From positions 21,514,001 to 21,578,000 of the forward strand of contig OZ004613.1 in assembly GCA_963924565.1 (NCBI GenBank): 64,000 bases of DNA. Direction: 5' to 3'. This document shows, piece by piece, positions 51,501 to 64,000 of the stretch; the first letter of the stretch is position 1, and the number at the start of each line of letters is the position of its first letter. The stretch comes from Ascidiella aspersa (Eukaryota). Under the pieces are notes generated by a model. It had not been told where the DNA came from, made no database searches, and was given only the letters and a program-made list of their open reading frames with translations. The position numbers and the translations under genes are program-made.

Positions 51501-54500
51501 CGCCCTTCCGAGAATAATGGGGCCAGTCCTCGAATCCGCTTGTCAAGCGGTCTTGTAATTCCGTCGTCGCAGATTTAGCAAGTGCTGGGTAACAACGCGT
51601 GGTAGCTGCTCACATCGCTAGCTAGCCAACCACCACTCCCGGCGTCCTTCTGTATCCATGCGACGAGAGTTTTCTAGAAAGTTCTGAGAAGTGGTGCTTC
51701 AGATCGCGTTGTCCTCTAGCAAATCGAGGCCCGACTTGCGTAAGGCGTCAACAACCCCCAAGTCGCACTTTCTAGCCCATTGGCGCTCTCCATTCGCTTA
51801 CCGAAAAGCGATACAGGGGACTGTAGCGCGAATCTTGCATTGCGCAACATCGCCACTCCTGAAAATGTGTAAAAAGCAAAGCAAAACGAACATTGTTGTC
51901 CTACGTTCTGTATAAAAGCTCTTTCAACACAACACATTTAAAATCAAAAGTTAGCGCCCCATATAAGTCCATTTGCCCTTATATCCGCTTTACCGTCACC
52001 GTCACGGGTAAAGTAGGCTTTCCAACGTTTTTGCGCCTCTAAGTTTTGAGTCACCGCCGCCTTTCAGTGTGGCCAGAAAGTTGTTTTACCTAGCATCGTC
52101 CACTGTGACGTATGTTTTTCCATTGAGCACTCGAGCTTTCAAAAGTGTACCACGCCATAACAAAACACGACTCAGCTGGTGGACATTTGGCGAAACGGGA
52201 TATTTTCTCTTAATGCATAAATCGAGCTTTAAAAAAATTAAGTTCTCTTTTGCGTTTTGTGGTTTACAAACAGCTCCGGTTATATTCTACTCTATTAAGA
52301 ACTCCAACTTGTAAAGCTTGTCATTGGCCAAATATGTCTACCAGTGAGCGTTGATTCAGATTTGTGAGACGTGTGTGACCTTTTAAACTTCAACGGCTTT
52401 CTAAAAAGCGCCACCCCCTCTCAATCCGCCAAACCCCCGCGCAGTCGGACAGATGTATACCACTGCGTCACTATTTCGCGAACGTCCTCGACTGTTCTTG
52501 TATAGCGGCCGCGCAAATCGCATTACAGGCTCGTACACGGCCACTCTGCGCGATTTACCCAAAGGGCAAAACAACACGTCTTCCCGGTCGGACGCAACTC
52601 GCAAATTGCCCGTTTATTGTACGTGTGTGTGTGTATTGCCCGGTATTTACTCCCCGGTATTTACTCCCCTGTGACACTGCACAGACCCAGGGCCGCGTGC
52701 CTGCTACAACTTTAACGACGAAACTGTGCAAAATTTGAGGCCGTTTGGTTTTTGTCCAAACGCGTGCTTAAAGTTGAAATATTAAATTTTTCATGGCGTG
52801 CGGATTTTAAACGTGCTTCGTAAAAAAACGTCGTTTTGTTTGTAGTTGAGTGCCTGATGCGTTGCAAAGGCAGTCAGTTGGTTCAGCTGTTTAGCGGCGC
52901 AAATACGTCGCGGAACATACTGAAAATACAAAAGGTAACCACAGTTCAAAGGGAACCTTTCTTCAGAAGATTAGGCGCGTTACTCTACTATTAAGTCTCG
53001 TCATTTTGCAAAACAGCTTCGATTTGTGTGAATAGATCGCCGAAAAAAAAACACTCATTCGCGTGTAACCCGGTGTCAAGCCCCGTGTCACTTTCGAAAA
53101 TGTTTACGCCGACCTGATCTGGCCTGGGATGAAATCCGCGCCCAAGTGGAGTCGATTTATGTTGCCGTCGCCTAGCGCAGTCCCGACGTTTGCATGTAGC
53201 AATTACAATCGCCCATCCTACTTGACCCGACTCAAATCGAGAAGTTGACCCGGTACGCTTGGCAAAAAACAAACGCTCCGGCGTCGTATTCGAGGTGACA
53301 TACTCGAACTTATTTTCCGTTTTTGCCTTGCAGTGTACGGAGACGAACAGTCGGCGTTCAAGTGCTCCACGGACGTGGTGGGATGTCAGCACATATGCTA
53401 CAACGAGTTCGCCAAGGTGTCCCACATGAGATTCTGGGCCTTCCAGGTAATTTCGTCATGTGTTGTACAAGAAAGCCCAGGGCCGTTGTCGAGACATCGC
53501 CTGTCAATAAACGGGCGGGTATAATACACAGGAATGGGATTTTGAAAAAAGGATAGGCTGTAATCTGGTTGAAGATGCAAACTATATAAGAAAACTGTAT
53601 GTTCGTAGTCTATTATAACGGCGATACTCGATACATTGCTGGTTTGTAAACGTGAACCCCTGCTAAATTTGTATGAAAAATGTCACAAATCTGTCCGTTT
53701 TGGAGAGTTTAAAACCTCCTTTTCCAATTTTGTTGTGAACGCTCTCACCGTTCGCATTCCGTTCTCTTATTAACAAGAGATCAGTGACGCACGCCCGCGA
53801 TAATAATTACTGCGCTTTTCCAACAAAAGCTGTTATTAACAGTCGCCTCTTAACTCCTCGTCTGGCGTCTTAACCGCATTTAAAATCCGGATTAAACCGG
53901 TCAAAACGTGATTTCGCGTCAGGTTTGTTTTCATCGCCAAATCATACTCGCCTCTGCGTCACGCTAAGCGGATTGTCGTTAAACCGGCTGTGGCATTAAA
54001 TCCAGTTTGTAATAAACACGCCGTCGGAGAGCCTGCCAGTCGTTTAAATTGTTGCCGCTGTGAACGGCGTGGTCGACACAGTGCTGCCTTCGCCGTGTAA
54101 TTTCCCGACCTTTTGCCGTTTGTACAAAATAAACTGAACGGCTCCCGGAATACTGACCTCACAGGAATATCCCCGGTTCGCTGTAAAGCGGGGCTCAACA
54201 TAAACTTGGCCTCCGGCTGGTGCGAAATATTTAATCCGTTCGCGCTTGCTTGCAAATTTCCTTGTATTATCGTTTGTCAATTATTATATCAGTAAGCATT
54301 TGAACATGGGTTCAATGACTGCTTTGGATCAACAACGCCAACCAATGTGGCAAACAAAGCATTGATGACCCAATTGTATTGAAATTTTAAAAATAAGTTA
54401 AAAGTCCCGAAATGAAAAAAGTCATTAACAAAAGAATTTTTCACTTTTAGAAATATTACAGTTACACCAATGTGGGAAACAAAGCATGATGACCAGATGT

Positions 54501-57500
54501 ATTTTAAAATTTAAAAATGTTATGATCTTTATACTGTAATACAACCATTAAAAAATGAATAACAGTTGTTTTCACACTTTTACAAATAATACGGCTTTTG
54601 TTAACTGAATCTCAAAATATATTGTCAAAAATATCACGCTCAACAATGCAGAACATTCCGCATAGAAAATCTGCTTTCTGGGTGGTTCCATCTTTATGTT
54701 GCATCATGTGTGCTTGTTAACTCAGTAAACCAGTGGTCGCGCTTCACTGGAGTAATTCCGACTCTCACTTGACAACCAGTTATGCATGGCTGGTTGCAAT
54801 ATATGCAGGTTCTCCGTTTTTAATCTATATGCTTTGAAGCAGTGGTTCTCAACCGCCGGTCCGCCGAAATATATGACAAAAATATGTTACATTTTTATAT
54901 CTCAATTACAAAATGCAAGATGTTGAAGGCTTGTCTATCAAACTTAGAACTTCGTCTTTTCCGTAATTTGTAGCATTGTTACATAAAACGAGTTGATGGT
55001 CTACTTTAGACTTTATCATACGTCACAATGCTGCAACCTGAAAGTATTGTGCCCTAATGTTTAAAAGTGGGCTAAAGCTCGTTAAAGTTTTAAAATTTAA
55101 GACCAGTTGTATGTAGAAGGTAAGAAGGCTTTTAGTTGTATACTTGTCGAAATTACATTTTGGTTTGATTTTTCAAGGTCTACCGGTCCGCAAATTTGTT
55201 TTGAAATTTTACCGGTCCGTAAGCTAAAAAGGTTTAGAACCACTGCTGTGAAGTATAATGACTGGAGGTTGTAGTAAGACGTAATGAGAATATCAAAGTG
55301 CATACAGAAGTAGTTATCATTTTGAACGTTTTCGAATAACTCTTTATTCCTTTTTCAACTTTACCTACTTTTGTATGGACTTTGATAATCTTATTACGTA
55401 AATATATATGCGTTCGTTGGAACTGTACAGCATTGGGTCTATGTTCATCTTGCTGATTCTTGTATCCTTTGCCAGCTTCTTGCCGTTGCAACGCCCACCG
55501 TCTTCTTCCACTTCTACTCCCTGTACGTGTCCGGTGAGATCCAGAAGATCAAGAATGAGGAGGAGCGACTGAGGCAGCTGGAGGAGGGAGAGCATGAGCC
55601 CCTGATGGGAGTAAGTCTTTTTTTGATGTATTGTTATGCAAAGCTCACTTCATTATCTGAACTCTTAACCCGCGGTGATTTATTTATTGGAGTAAGTCTT
55701 TGTCTCCTGTGTACAACCCTCACCTAGTTATCTCCACCCTTGAACCGCGGTGACCGTTTGTTCCGATTTACTAATTTCACCATAATCACAAAACAAAGTT
55801 ATTTAAACAATTCGTTTTTCGTTGAAACTTGGATTTAAAAATCATTGCAAAACCAAAATATCCAGTCTCAATTGCTTAACTATAATTGACTGAGTAAAAT
55901 TAATTACGATTGCTTATTATTTTATTTGTTGCTGTTTTTTCAGAGCGAGCGTGAATTCCGTAAGATGTCGAGGCGCAAGAAGAGCGTCGGACACGTAAAA
56001 GTTCGCAAGATCATGTCCGGGAACGAACTCAAAGAGGTGATTACCGAAAACGGTCCTTTGCCCTTATGCCACTGGCAGATTCGACCGAGTTAGGCCGTTT
56101 TTTTTTTCTTCCGAAAACCGAAATTTTGCTGTGCGTGACTTTTGTGGCGTTTTCAATGGCTAGAAGAGCCACTTACAGTGCGGCGCCGAAGCCGTATGAC
56201 GCAAAAAAAGTTTTTGTGTATTTTCTCCTGTATGACGTGCCTGACAGCCAGGTGCGACCCACAATTTTCAGCAACGTGGATTTTTTAATGAATCGAAGAA
56301 GCTGCCGTCTGATTGTCGCCCTGTCAAGTGCCACAGTTTTGATGTAGCCCGAAAACACGCGCTGACAGACTAAACGCAGGTTGCCGTTTAAAAATCGGAA
56401 TGTTAATGTCGTCGTCTCTCGCACTGCGGTTCTCGTTCTTAGTAGGCATAAGGCTCCTGGAAAAGCGGAGAATGCGGTTTCACGGTTGTCTAATTGGAAC
56501 AGAAATTCGATGTAATTGCCACGAACTCTCGTTTGAAATATTTTCGAAAGGGGCGTGTGTGATATACGCCAATAGATAAAAAGAGCCCGCCCCGTTTATA
56601 AAATACAGTTAATAAACCCAATCAAAGGTGGATGTGTTGCTTGTATTCCTTGTATTGTCGGTCATTAACACGAAATTGATAAAAATGTTGTTGAAACAAA
56701 AGTAATGTGAACACTGGTCAAACTAGTGTTTAAAGTAGCGAATTCAAATAAATGAAACTTCGTTTTAAAAGCTAAACGGAAACTTCGTTTTTATAACAGT
56801 AAACCCATTTATGGCGCCTTTGGTATTTTACAACGTTTGCATACAAATTTGCCTTCAAGCCAAAGTTTTAAAATTTCGATGTAACCGTCGCGCGTGGCGG
56901 CGCTTATTTTTACTGTTGCAAGTCGTCACTTAACCACCAGTCTACGCACAACCAGCCATTGTGTGCAAAATCCAACAGGCCTGCGTTCCCGCAAATTTCG
57001 CACTAACCCGCCAAGTCTGGTTGGAAGCATGTAGCGCCTGCGTAAATCTGCCAACAACGTTAAGTGGTATACAACCTCGCACACAGCCGAAGTAAGTGGA
57101 TTAGATTGGCCTTTCCTGCCCCCCGTAACATGATCACCTTTGTACGCTCCAGTTACTGTGTTTGCGCCCCTTTGCCCAAGCGGGTCTGCACGTTTCGCAC
57201 GTGCCAGCTGGGAACTAGGATCCCTGCAGCGCACGTGTCTGCTTTTAAAGTGGATTGCGCCAGTCTAATCTCATTTGACACAATGTTGTTGCGGGATCTT
57301 TGAAGTCCCGATTTTTGGCGAGATGCAGGTGCGACGCATTGCTGGTGTGTGTCAGAGCGTCGGTTGTTGTTTGCGTTCCAGCTCTGCTGTTGTATTTTCT
57401 GGCTGTCGTGTCTCTTTCGCGGTAAGTTCTCCTGATTTTCTTTGTAAAATCGTGACTGTTTGCAACAAGTTGCAAAAAGTTATTTGTTGGCTTATCGTGC

Positions 57501-60500
57501 TAAATCCTTGCCCGCTACGCAACACGACACGGCGATAAGCTAACAGCGTGAAGTCTTTTAATCTACAAAAAAACTTTTACCATTTTTCCCCGTTACTTCA
57601 AAGTCTATTATTCGTCAGTAAATTAGGTTAAAGGCCATTTTCCAACCAATCCGCCAACTGTTGCGCTGTTGTCACCAGAACAATAAGGCAAGTTGTGGAC
57701 TATATTGAAGCTTCGAACCCGTTTCAACCCTAGCTTCTTCCACGCTAATCCCCACCCGCCGTGCTTTAGTTCACGCCCTGAATCTCCCCACGCCAATTTA
57801 GGATTTTGTTTTGTTCCATTATTGAATGTGCGCTGTTTGTTCGCAGTCTGAATGCTGATTGAGTGACTTGGCGTATAATGCGATTTCCAATCAGCAAACT
57901 TGCTTTTATTATGATCAATGTTCATACAAGAAATTTCTCGTTCGTTGGTCAGAAAGTACCCCCCATCGAGGGATATTTCTTACCAGACATAATAATTGAC
58001 CTGTGTTGTATTGGATCGGTAGAGGTCGTCTTTTAAACGCGATCAGCCTGCTATCCTGTTGATAAACGTAATATGCATGTTGCTACGAGTTTTGTGATTT
58101 AGAGCTTTTCCACCAATTCTCTTCCATCGGCTTCTCTCCTCAGTCCTAAATGAGCCTGCGATCCATTAATATTTTTTCTTGTTTCGCGCAGATTCCTTAC
58201 ACAAACAAGATCCACTACGCCTATTTCGTCAGCATCATTTTTCGACTCGTTGCCGAGGGTGTCTTCATCTACATCGGTTACATCCTTTTCAAGGAAATGG
58301 TGAGTGATCGTCCGACCTGGCCGCTGGAATTTATGCTATTCTCAAAAACTGCAGGCCTACACAGTGCGGCTTAAATTAAGATCGGGAGTTTTTTTAGGGT
58401 CTTAAAACTTACAGGCCGTGTTTTTGATATTCATTCGAAACTGTAGGTAGGACTTTCTTGTCGGTGTAATCCCTATTAGAGTGGCCCTTTTGACAGGTCC
58501 TTAACCAAAATTCAGGTTTTACAACGAAAAAAAAGCTTGCAGTCGAAACACGAGACGCAATGACCAAAGCTTGCGAAAACTGCAGTCCTGCTGTTTTTAT
58601 ACAAGCATCTCTAAATTTGTCTCTTAAATTTAGAATTTTTAAGTTATTGTAGGTTTAACAAGTTCTGCGCCGCGGCAGTTAGGCTACCAAATCTGGTACT
58701 TCACAGAATTTAAAAAAAAAAAAAACTCCACAGAATTTAACACAACTTGAATCACCAGGTTCCTCTTGACCCGACGTGCAAGGCTCACCCAGAGAGCGCT
58801 CTCTGTTCCAACAACGGACTCTACTTCCTCTGGATGAAGGTGCCCGCCTTCTACAAGTGCACCGGCGATAAGGGTTCGGATGTCTTCCACGCCTGCACCA
58901 TGCACATCTCACAGGGCGGATACGTTCCTTGCTTCGTCTCGAGACCTTTCGTGAGTTCCGCTTTATTTTCCCCGCTCATTTTTGTTGTGATTTTTAACTA
59001 AATTAATTTGAGCCAAGAGTTTCGCTCCTGTGTTGCTGGCTTTGGGAGTCCTGTTGTTTGGCCCGCCAGTTGCATTCTCACTGAAATTATAGCTTTTACC
59101 AAGGTTAATTACATGTCATTATTAGTGTCAAACTAGCCTTAGGCTACTAGGCCATACAAAAGCCTGCATAATATAATTTGTTTTTACGTTTCTCGGTAAT
59201 TATCCGATTTTTGAGTAAATTAAAGAATGTTCCCGTTTTGCAGCCCTGAAATTGTGTTTCAATTTTAAATGCTTTTCTTAAACTTGACCAATCATCAGAA
59301 CCTTAACGTGCGAATCGGTTCTCCAATGTGACTGTGACAATGTTTTCGCTTAATTAACTTGTTCTTAACTTTCCGGTAATTAGCGAAACATCAATAAATC
59401 AAACTAATGTAGAACGCTCAAGTGGCAGCCGTACTTCTAATTTTCAACTCCCAACAAAACTTTTAACAACTGACTTTCTAACATCATACCTCTGATTTAA
59501 AAATGTACAACTATTTTCGTTTTCTGGGAAGCCCAAATGTTTTTCGTTTAAATTTTGTGTACAATATAGTGGATTTGTTTTCTTTATTTATATTATCTTT
59601 TGATTGTCTATTTAAAAATCAGTCGATTTGATTTTAATGCAAAAATAAGGTTTTTAGTTTTAAAGTTACACCAAACGGCATAACTTCCTGTCGGGGTGCC
59701 GCAAATCTATTTCTCATTTTTAGGGGTACCGTGGGCCATAAAAGGTTAAAAATCACTGGGTTAATGCATGGTGTGGTATTTGACTTCACAGGAGAAAACC
59801 GTCTTCCTGTGCTACATGAGCATGCTCAGTGGGATTTGCTTCCTCCTTTCAGCCCTGGAACTGGTCGTGGTCATCATGCGACGATTCTACAAGAACCGAC
59901 CGAACAAACACAGGTGAGTTGACGTTGTGACGTCATCACGAAATTCGACTCGAAAGGCTATAGTTTCTCCTGTGGCAAGTAAATCCTTGTAACGTTTATT
60001 GACAAGCATATATGCTTGAATAGATTGAAGCCTTCTTGACCCTTGGGACTTTTACACTAATCGTTAAGCATTTAAACCAAAAGACGAATGAACTAAAAAG
60101 CGTTTTGTTATCAAATTTAACTAATTAGCGTGGCAAAACAAACGCTGAACGATTTTTTCTTACCCCCAATAACTTTTCAAAAATTATTTAGTCTTATAGT
60201 AAAGTTTTAAAAAGTCCCAAAGTCTCCGTGGTTTTCAAATTACGTCATGTCTTTCGAGGTAAACGGCGTCTCTGTTACGTTTCAGCTTTGCGACTAAATA
60301 AACCCGAAATTTTAGCTCACGTTCGTCTTTTCGCCGCTTATCCTGTAACCTTCGAATATAAAACGTCATTTTGGTGAATTGTCGACGGGGTCGCGTACTT
60401 GCCCTTCAAGAGCGCCTGCTGCCCTTGAAAACGGCCACGGCCAGAGCAATTTCGAGTAAATTCAACTGATGGACGATATAATTTGTTGGCGAATTTCCTC

Positions 60501-61889
60501 GTTTCATGCCCCCAGGGCATACGAATCTCGCCCGTCTCGCCATTATGTCGTTGTTTAAACGCTGACGCGCCTTTGCGGTTGCATAAAGTAAGCTGGCAAC
60601 GACTTCCAAATCGTGTATGTCATTTAAACCCGAATTAATTGTGTTTGTGCTGACATTTAGGAAAACAAACAAAAGCCTTGTTTTCGCGCACTGGATTAAT
60701 CCAGCATAAGCAGCGCGCTTTTTGTATCTTGTCCTCTATAGTTGGCTGCCGAACTCCATTACTTGCCGCCCTTGTTGCTCAGTAGCGCGTTTTTAATCGG
60801 GTGTCGCGATCTCGGTATTCAGTGTTTTTTATTTGTTTTCTTTCTTGGCGGAAAAATATAGATAAGATTTTAATCACAAAAGAGTATAATTTCGGCCGTT
60901 ACTATTGATATAAAAACGATGCCTAAGTAAAACGCTACGCAAAATAAAAATCGACTATAGGTTAATTTAAGAACCCGTTTTTTACACGACTTCATACGTT
61001 TTCTATCTTTGGTTTAGTGTTTACGCCATGATGGTCGCTATACAACAAAAAACACATTTACTGTGAAAATTAAATTTCTACCAGAAGTATATCGAATCGA
61101 AATTGTTTTTATCAAAAAAGTCACCTTACAGATGACAAAATTCGTATAAATCGCGTTGTTAGAAGTGTTTACTCGAAAAAAATAAATACTTCGGATCGAA
61201 GAATATTCAAAATCGTCATCAATTTTTTTAACTCAAGAAATTTAGCCAATCATGACGTCATAAAATATTAAAAAGGTTATCGGCGAGTATATAGGGCGCG
61301 ACACTCGTTATTGCTCTGCCTATGCCTTGTCTGGTATGAATGATTACAGGTGCTGAAAGATAACAACTGAGTTGTGCGTTGTCCTACCTCCCGAAACTTA
61401 AAAAATATACTTTTGGAAGTAAAATAAAAAACGTCATGAATTTTTTTAACTAAAGAAATTTAATCGATGGTGACGTCATAAAACATTAAAACGGTTATCG
61501 GCAAATTAAGGCGCGTCGCTCGTTATTCTTCAGCCTACAGTCTTGTATGATAACTAAATTTCCTATTTCTGCTAGTCTTAACCCCCTCCCGAAACTTTTC
61601 CAGGCACTTGTTCCGCGGAAACTCGCACCGTCATCCCCAGCACCAGCGCAACGGATCGGTCTTCTACGGCCCCACACCCACCGCCCCCAAGTACCTGGAG
61701 GATGACCCGGGAAACTTGGGCTTTTACCCCAGCCTCGCCGTCCCTGTTCGTATCGCCACTAGTGAGTATGTGACCCACAGCAGTTGCCTGTTGTCTGTCT
61801 TGTGTCTTAAGTCTTCTACTACCCCTGTGGTCGTCGCGACAGCTTCGTCCGCTTTGTTCTTTTTGCCAGCAAAGGTCGCGGCCTTCTAA
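48512..61889 (+). CDS. Connexin (gap junction protein), tunicate-type; join(48512..48544,48843..48933,53334..53446,55476..55610,55944..56036,58192..58299,58759..58950,59792..59913,61604..61889); 3' end uncertain (possible donor after 61761)
   Basis: Spliced translation: MWHLLEKISEQVTRYATFLGQLWYILVFVFRLIVVVTIGGAVYGDEQSAFKCSTDVVGCQHICYNEFAKVSHMRFWAFQLLAVATPTVFFHFY...YFVSIIFRLVAEGVFIYIGYILF...CFVSRPFEKTVFLCYM...ALELVVVI. Four TM segments, canonical E1 CX6CX3C, and DEQS.F.C, SH.RFW..Q and CFVSRP.EKT.F signatures. All introns are GT-AG and in phase. Confidence 0.93.
54340..54580. repeat. Diverged ~125-bp tandem duplication in connexin intron 3
   Basis: accaatgtggcaaacaaagcattgatgacc... recurs as accaatgtgggaaacaaagcatgatgacc... 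Confidence 0.6.
54840..55245. mobile_element. Charlie-like MITE in connexin intron 3
   Basis: CAGTGGTTCTCAACC...GGTTTAGAACCACTG, TSD CTTTGAAG/CTGTGAAG. Confidence 0.8.
61210..61600. repeat. Diverged ~220-bp tandem duplication directly upstream of connexin exon 9
   Basis: cgtcat.aattttttaact.aagaaattta...tgacgtcataaaa.attaaa..ggttatcggc...ctcccgaaactt occurs twice. Confidence 0.65.
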
Positions 61890-64000
61890 GCAGATTTGGC
61901 AGAAGTGGGACGCGCCCGCTTTTCAGGGACCTGTGGTTATGTTGTTCGGCAATCTGGTGTCTTGCTGTGTTTGCCTTTCAATCGGTAGCTTTTTATGCGC
62001 GCCTTATTTGACTACCTCACAAAGGTGATTCGGAAACTACGTTGCAATCGATTTAAGACTTTTGATTTGCATGTTGTAACTACAAACCTAACGTAACTGC
62101 AATATTTAAAAAGGTGTTTAAGCAAAACATTTATCATGTTCATTCGGTCAAATGGGGGAGTTTTCATGATATTATTTTCGCCTTACCGAATTTATTAAAA
62201 TGAAGAAAAAGTTTCATTTTTTTTGCATGCAAATATTATAACCTATTTTGTGTAAATAAGCATGGACGTTGGTGAAAGCGACGTATTGTGTTTTAACAGG
62301 GAGTTTTCATCGCTTTATCCAGCCACTTATGTGGCGCGACTCGCTTACTTATATGGTTAAACCTCGCACAGCAGAGATCTGGTTTTCCAAACCTCCCACC
62401 CGAATCGTCGAAGACAACTTAAAATATTGCCGTCGCGTTTTCGCATTTGCTTGAAATCGAAGAAAAAGCTCTCAAATCCACTCCCGAAATCCGAAACGTG
62501 TTATCCGAGCTTTCTTTGCGACCCGCGAGCGAATCAAAAGATCGGCGAGATCTGCTTGAGGAATGGCAAATTGCAGTTGCGCGTCATATACTTTAAACTT
62601 TCGAGCGACATTCCATGCTCGATAATTGGCCCCGCGATATCGCCAGGCGATACTTTAACGACCATGCTGCGGCCCTTTTTAGGGTTCGGCGGGACACGAG
62701 ATAGCAAATCTTCCGACGAGTGTTTTGTCGGATGTCTGCGAAACGCGTCGAACTTGCGACACAGATGTACAACACGTACGTAAATGTCGCCTTTGTGAGA
62801 TTGCGATCGAAAGGCGGCAGTGGGTCGGGGTAGTTGTCATTGCACGAAAACGCATAACAAAAGTTTGTTTGTTTTGATCTATCGTTGCTCAAACTAGAAT
62901 ATCAGAAAAAAGTGCATTAAACACTTACGAACTTTGACCATTGCGCGCCTTCAGTATTTATTAAGGTAGTTTTTTTTGTGAAAAAATACGATACCAGTGG
63001 CCTTTCTGAAGTACACACATGAACTCAATTAGGGCGAAATAAAATTCTGTCATTTTTCACACACAAACATTAGTTGCTTACGAATACCCTCGCAAGTCGT
63101 GAGCTTATCGTAGAAATTCAAATCGAGTCTTCTGCGCGTCCATTTTGGTTGTTGGTCGTGGCCCTAATGAAAAAAAAACAGGGGAGAAACACCCTTCGTT
63201 TCGTATCGTCCACCGCCGTCCTCCGGCCTGTTTATCGGAAGAAGACCAGAAAGCTCTTATCTCGAACGAGATGATGCTCTCTCCTGATACCGGTGGCGAT
63301 TCATATCCTTATCGTTCACGCGCTGCGCCCTTTGATCTTTCTCATCTAACGCCGTCGCCCGTTATTGCTGAAGCTTGTTGCTTCTTCGACTGTTTACAGC
63401 TCGGTTGACAAGCGGCCTCGTTTTGCTAAAGCGCCCCTTAAAAGCGAATGACGTCTATCGCACCTGCATCTTTGCGATGAAGCCGGAGTGAGATCTGCTA
63501 CTCACGTATCCCATCTAATTTTTTAACTAAATCACGGCATACAACCCTCTATTGTGTGCCAGCGCATAACACCAGTTTAATAGGTTTGATATTTTGCACG
63601 CCAAAAGCAAACTCTTTTATAAGTAGCTCGCATGTACGGAGGTGATGGCTTTTACTACTAGCTTGCTTTTATAACTGCTTTACAACAACTTACTTTCAAC
63701 GCAGCTGTGATGTTTTCATGTATGTGGCAAATCGGCAATTTAATATATACCATCTATAAAATTTATTAATACCAGTAAATACAAATTGATTAGCATATCC
63801 ACCGCTTTACTGTGAAAACAAACTTTTCCTGAAAAAATAATTAGAATCAACGCCAAATGGGGGCATAGTGTTCAAATCCTTTTTTAAACTTCGTTTTTCG
63901 GTTAAAGTCTTTTCCTAAACAGTTCGTAAGCTATTAATTCCAGTATATAGGCTTTCTTTATCTCACCCTAGCTTTTTGATTAATACGACCCCAAGCTTTA

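Noticed and set aside
49102-57925. ORFs of 60-154 aa in connexin introns
   Set aside because: No recognisable domains or consistent splice chain; expected by chance in the more GC-rich intronic DNA.
62300-62454. Candidate connexin exon 10 after ttttaacag
   Set aside because: Phase-compatible with the 61761 donor, but codon usage is unlike the other exons and nothing else supports it.

Overview
AT-rich eukaryotic genomic DNA, most likely from an ascidian/tunicate (inferred from a many-intron connexin with an expanded second extracellular loop and a chordate-type 7SK). The left ~40 kb is a tandem segmental amplification of three units (anchors at 1, 10642 and 24580). Each unit has an intact 5-exon gene for an unrecognised ~965-aa protein, followed by a cluster of 7SK snRNA genes. 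The protein has one predicted N-terminal transmembrane helix, a 12-residue-periodic array of about 15 TQT/SQT/IQT motifs, two DWERYYQEE repeats, SKLRxP repeats and an acidic tail. I count 7 near-full-length 7SK copies, 5 fragments and 2 promoter-only remnants. The array ends in a head-to-head inversion. All ten copies that keep a 5' end have GCCACAAATA (or a 1-nt variant) at exactly -63..-54, a candidate PSE. The right ~16 kb holds a connexin gene of at least 9 coding exons on the + strand. hAT-type MITEs with 8-bp TSDs, a decayed THAP domain and a decayed hAT transposase are scattered through the window. Most small ORFs in the supplied track are artefacts.
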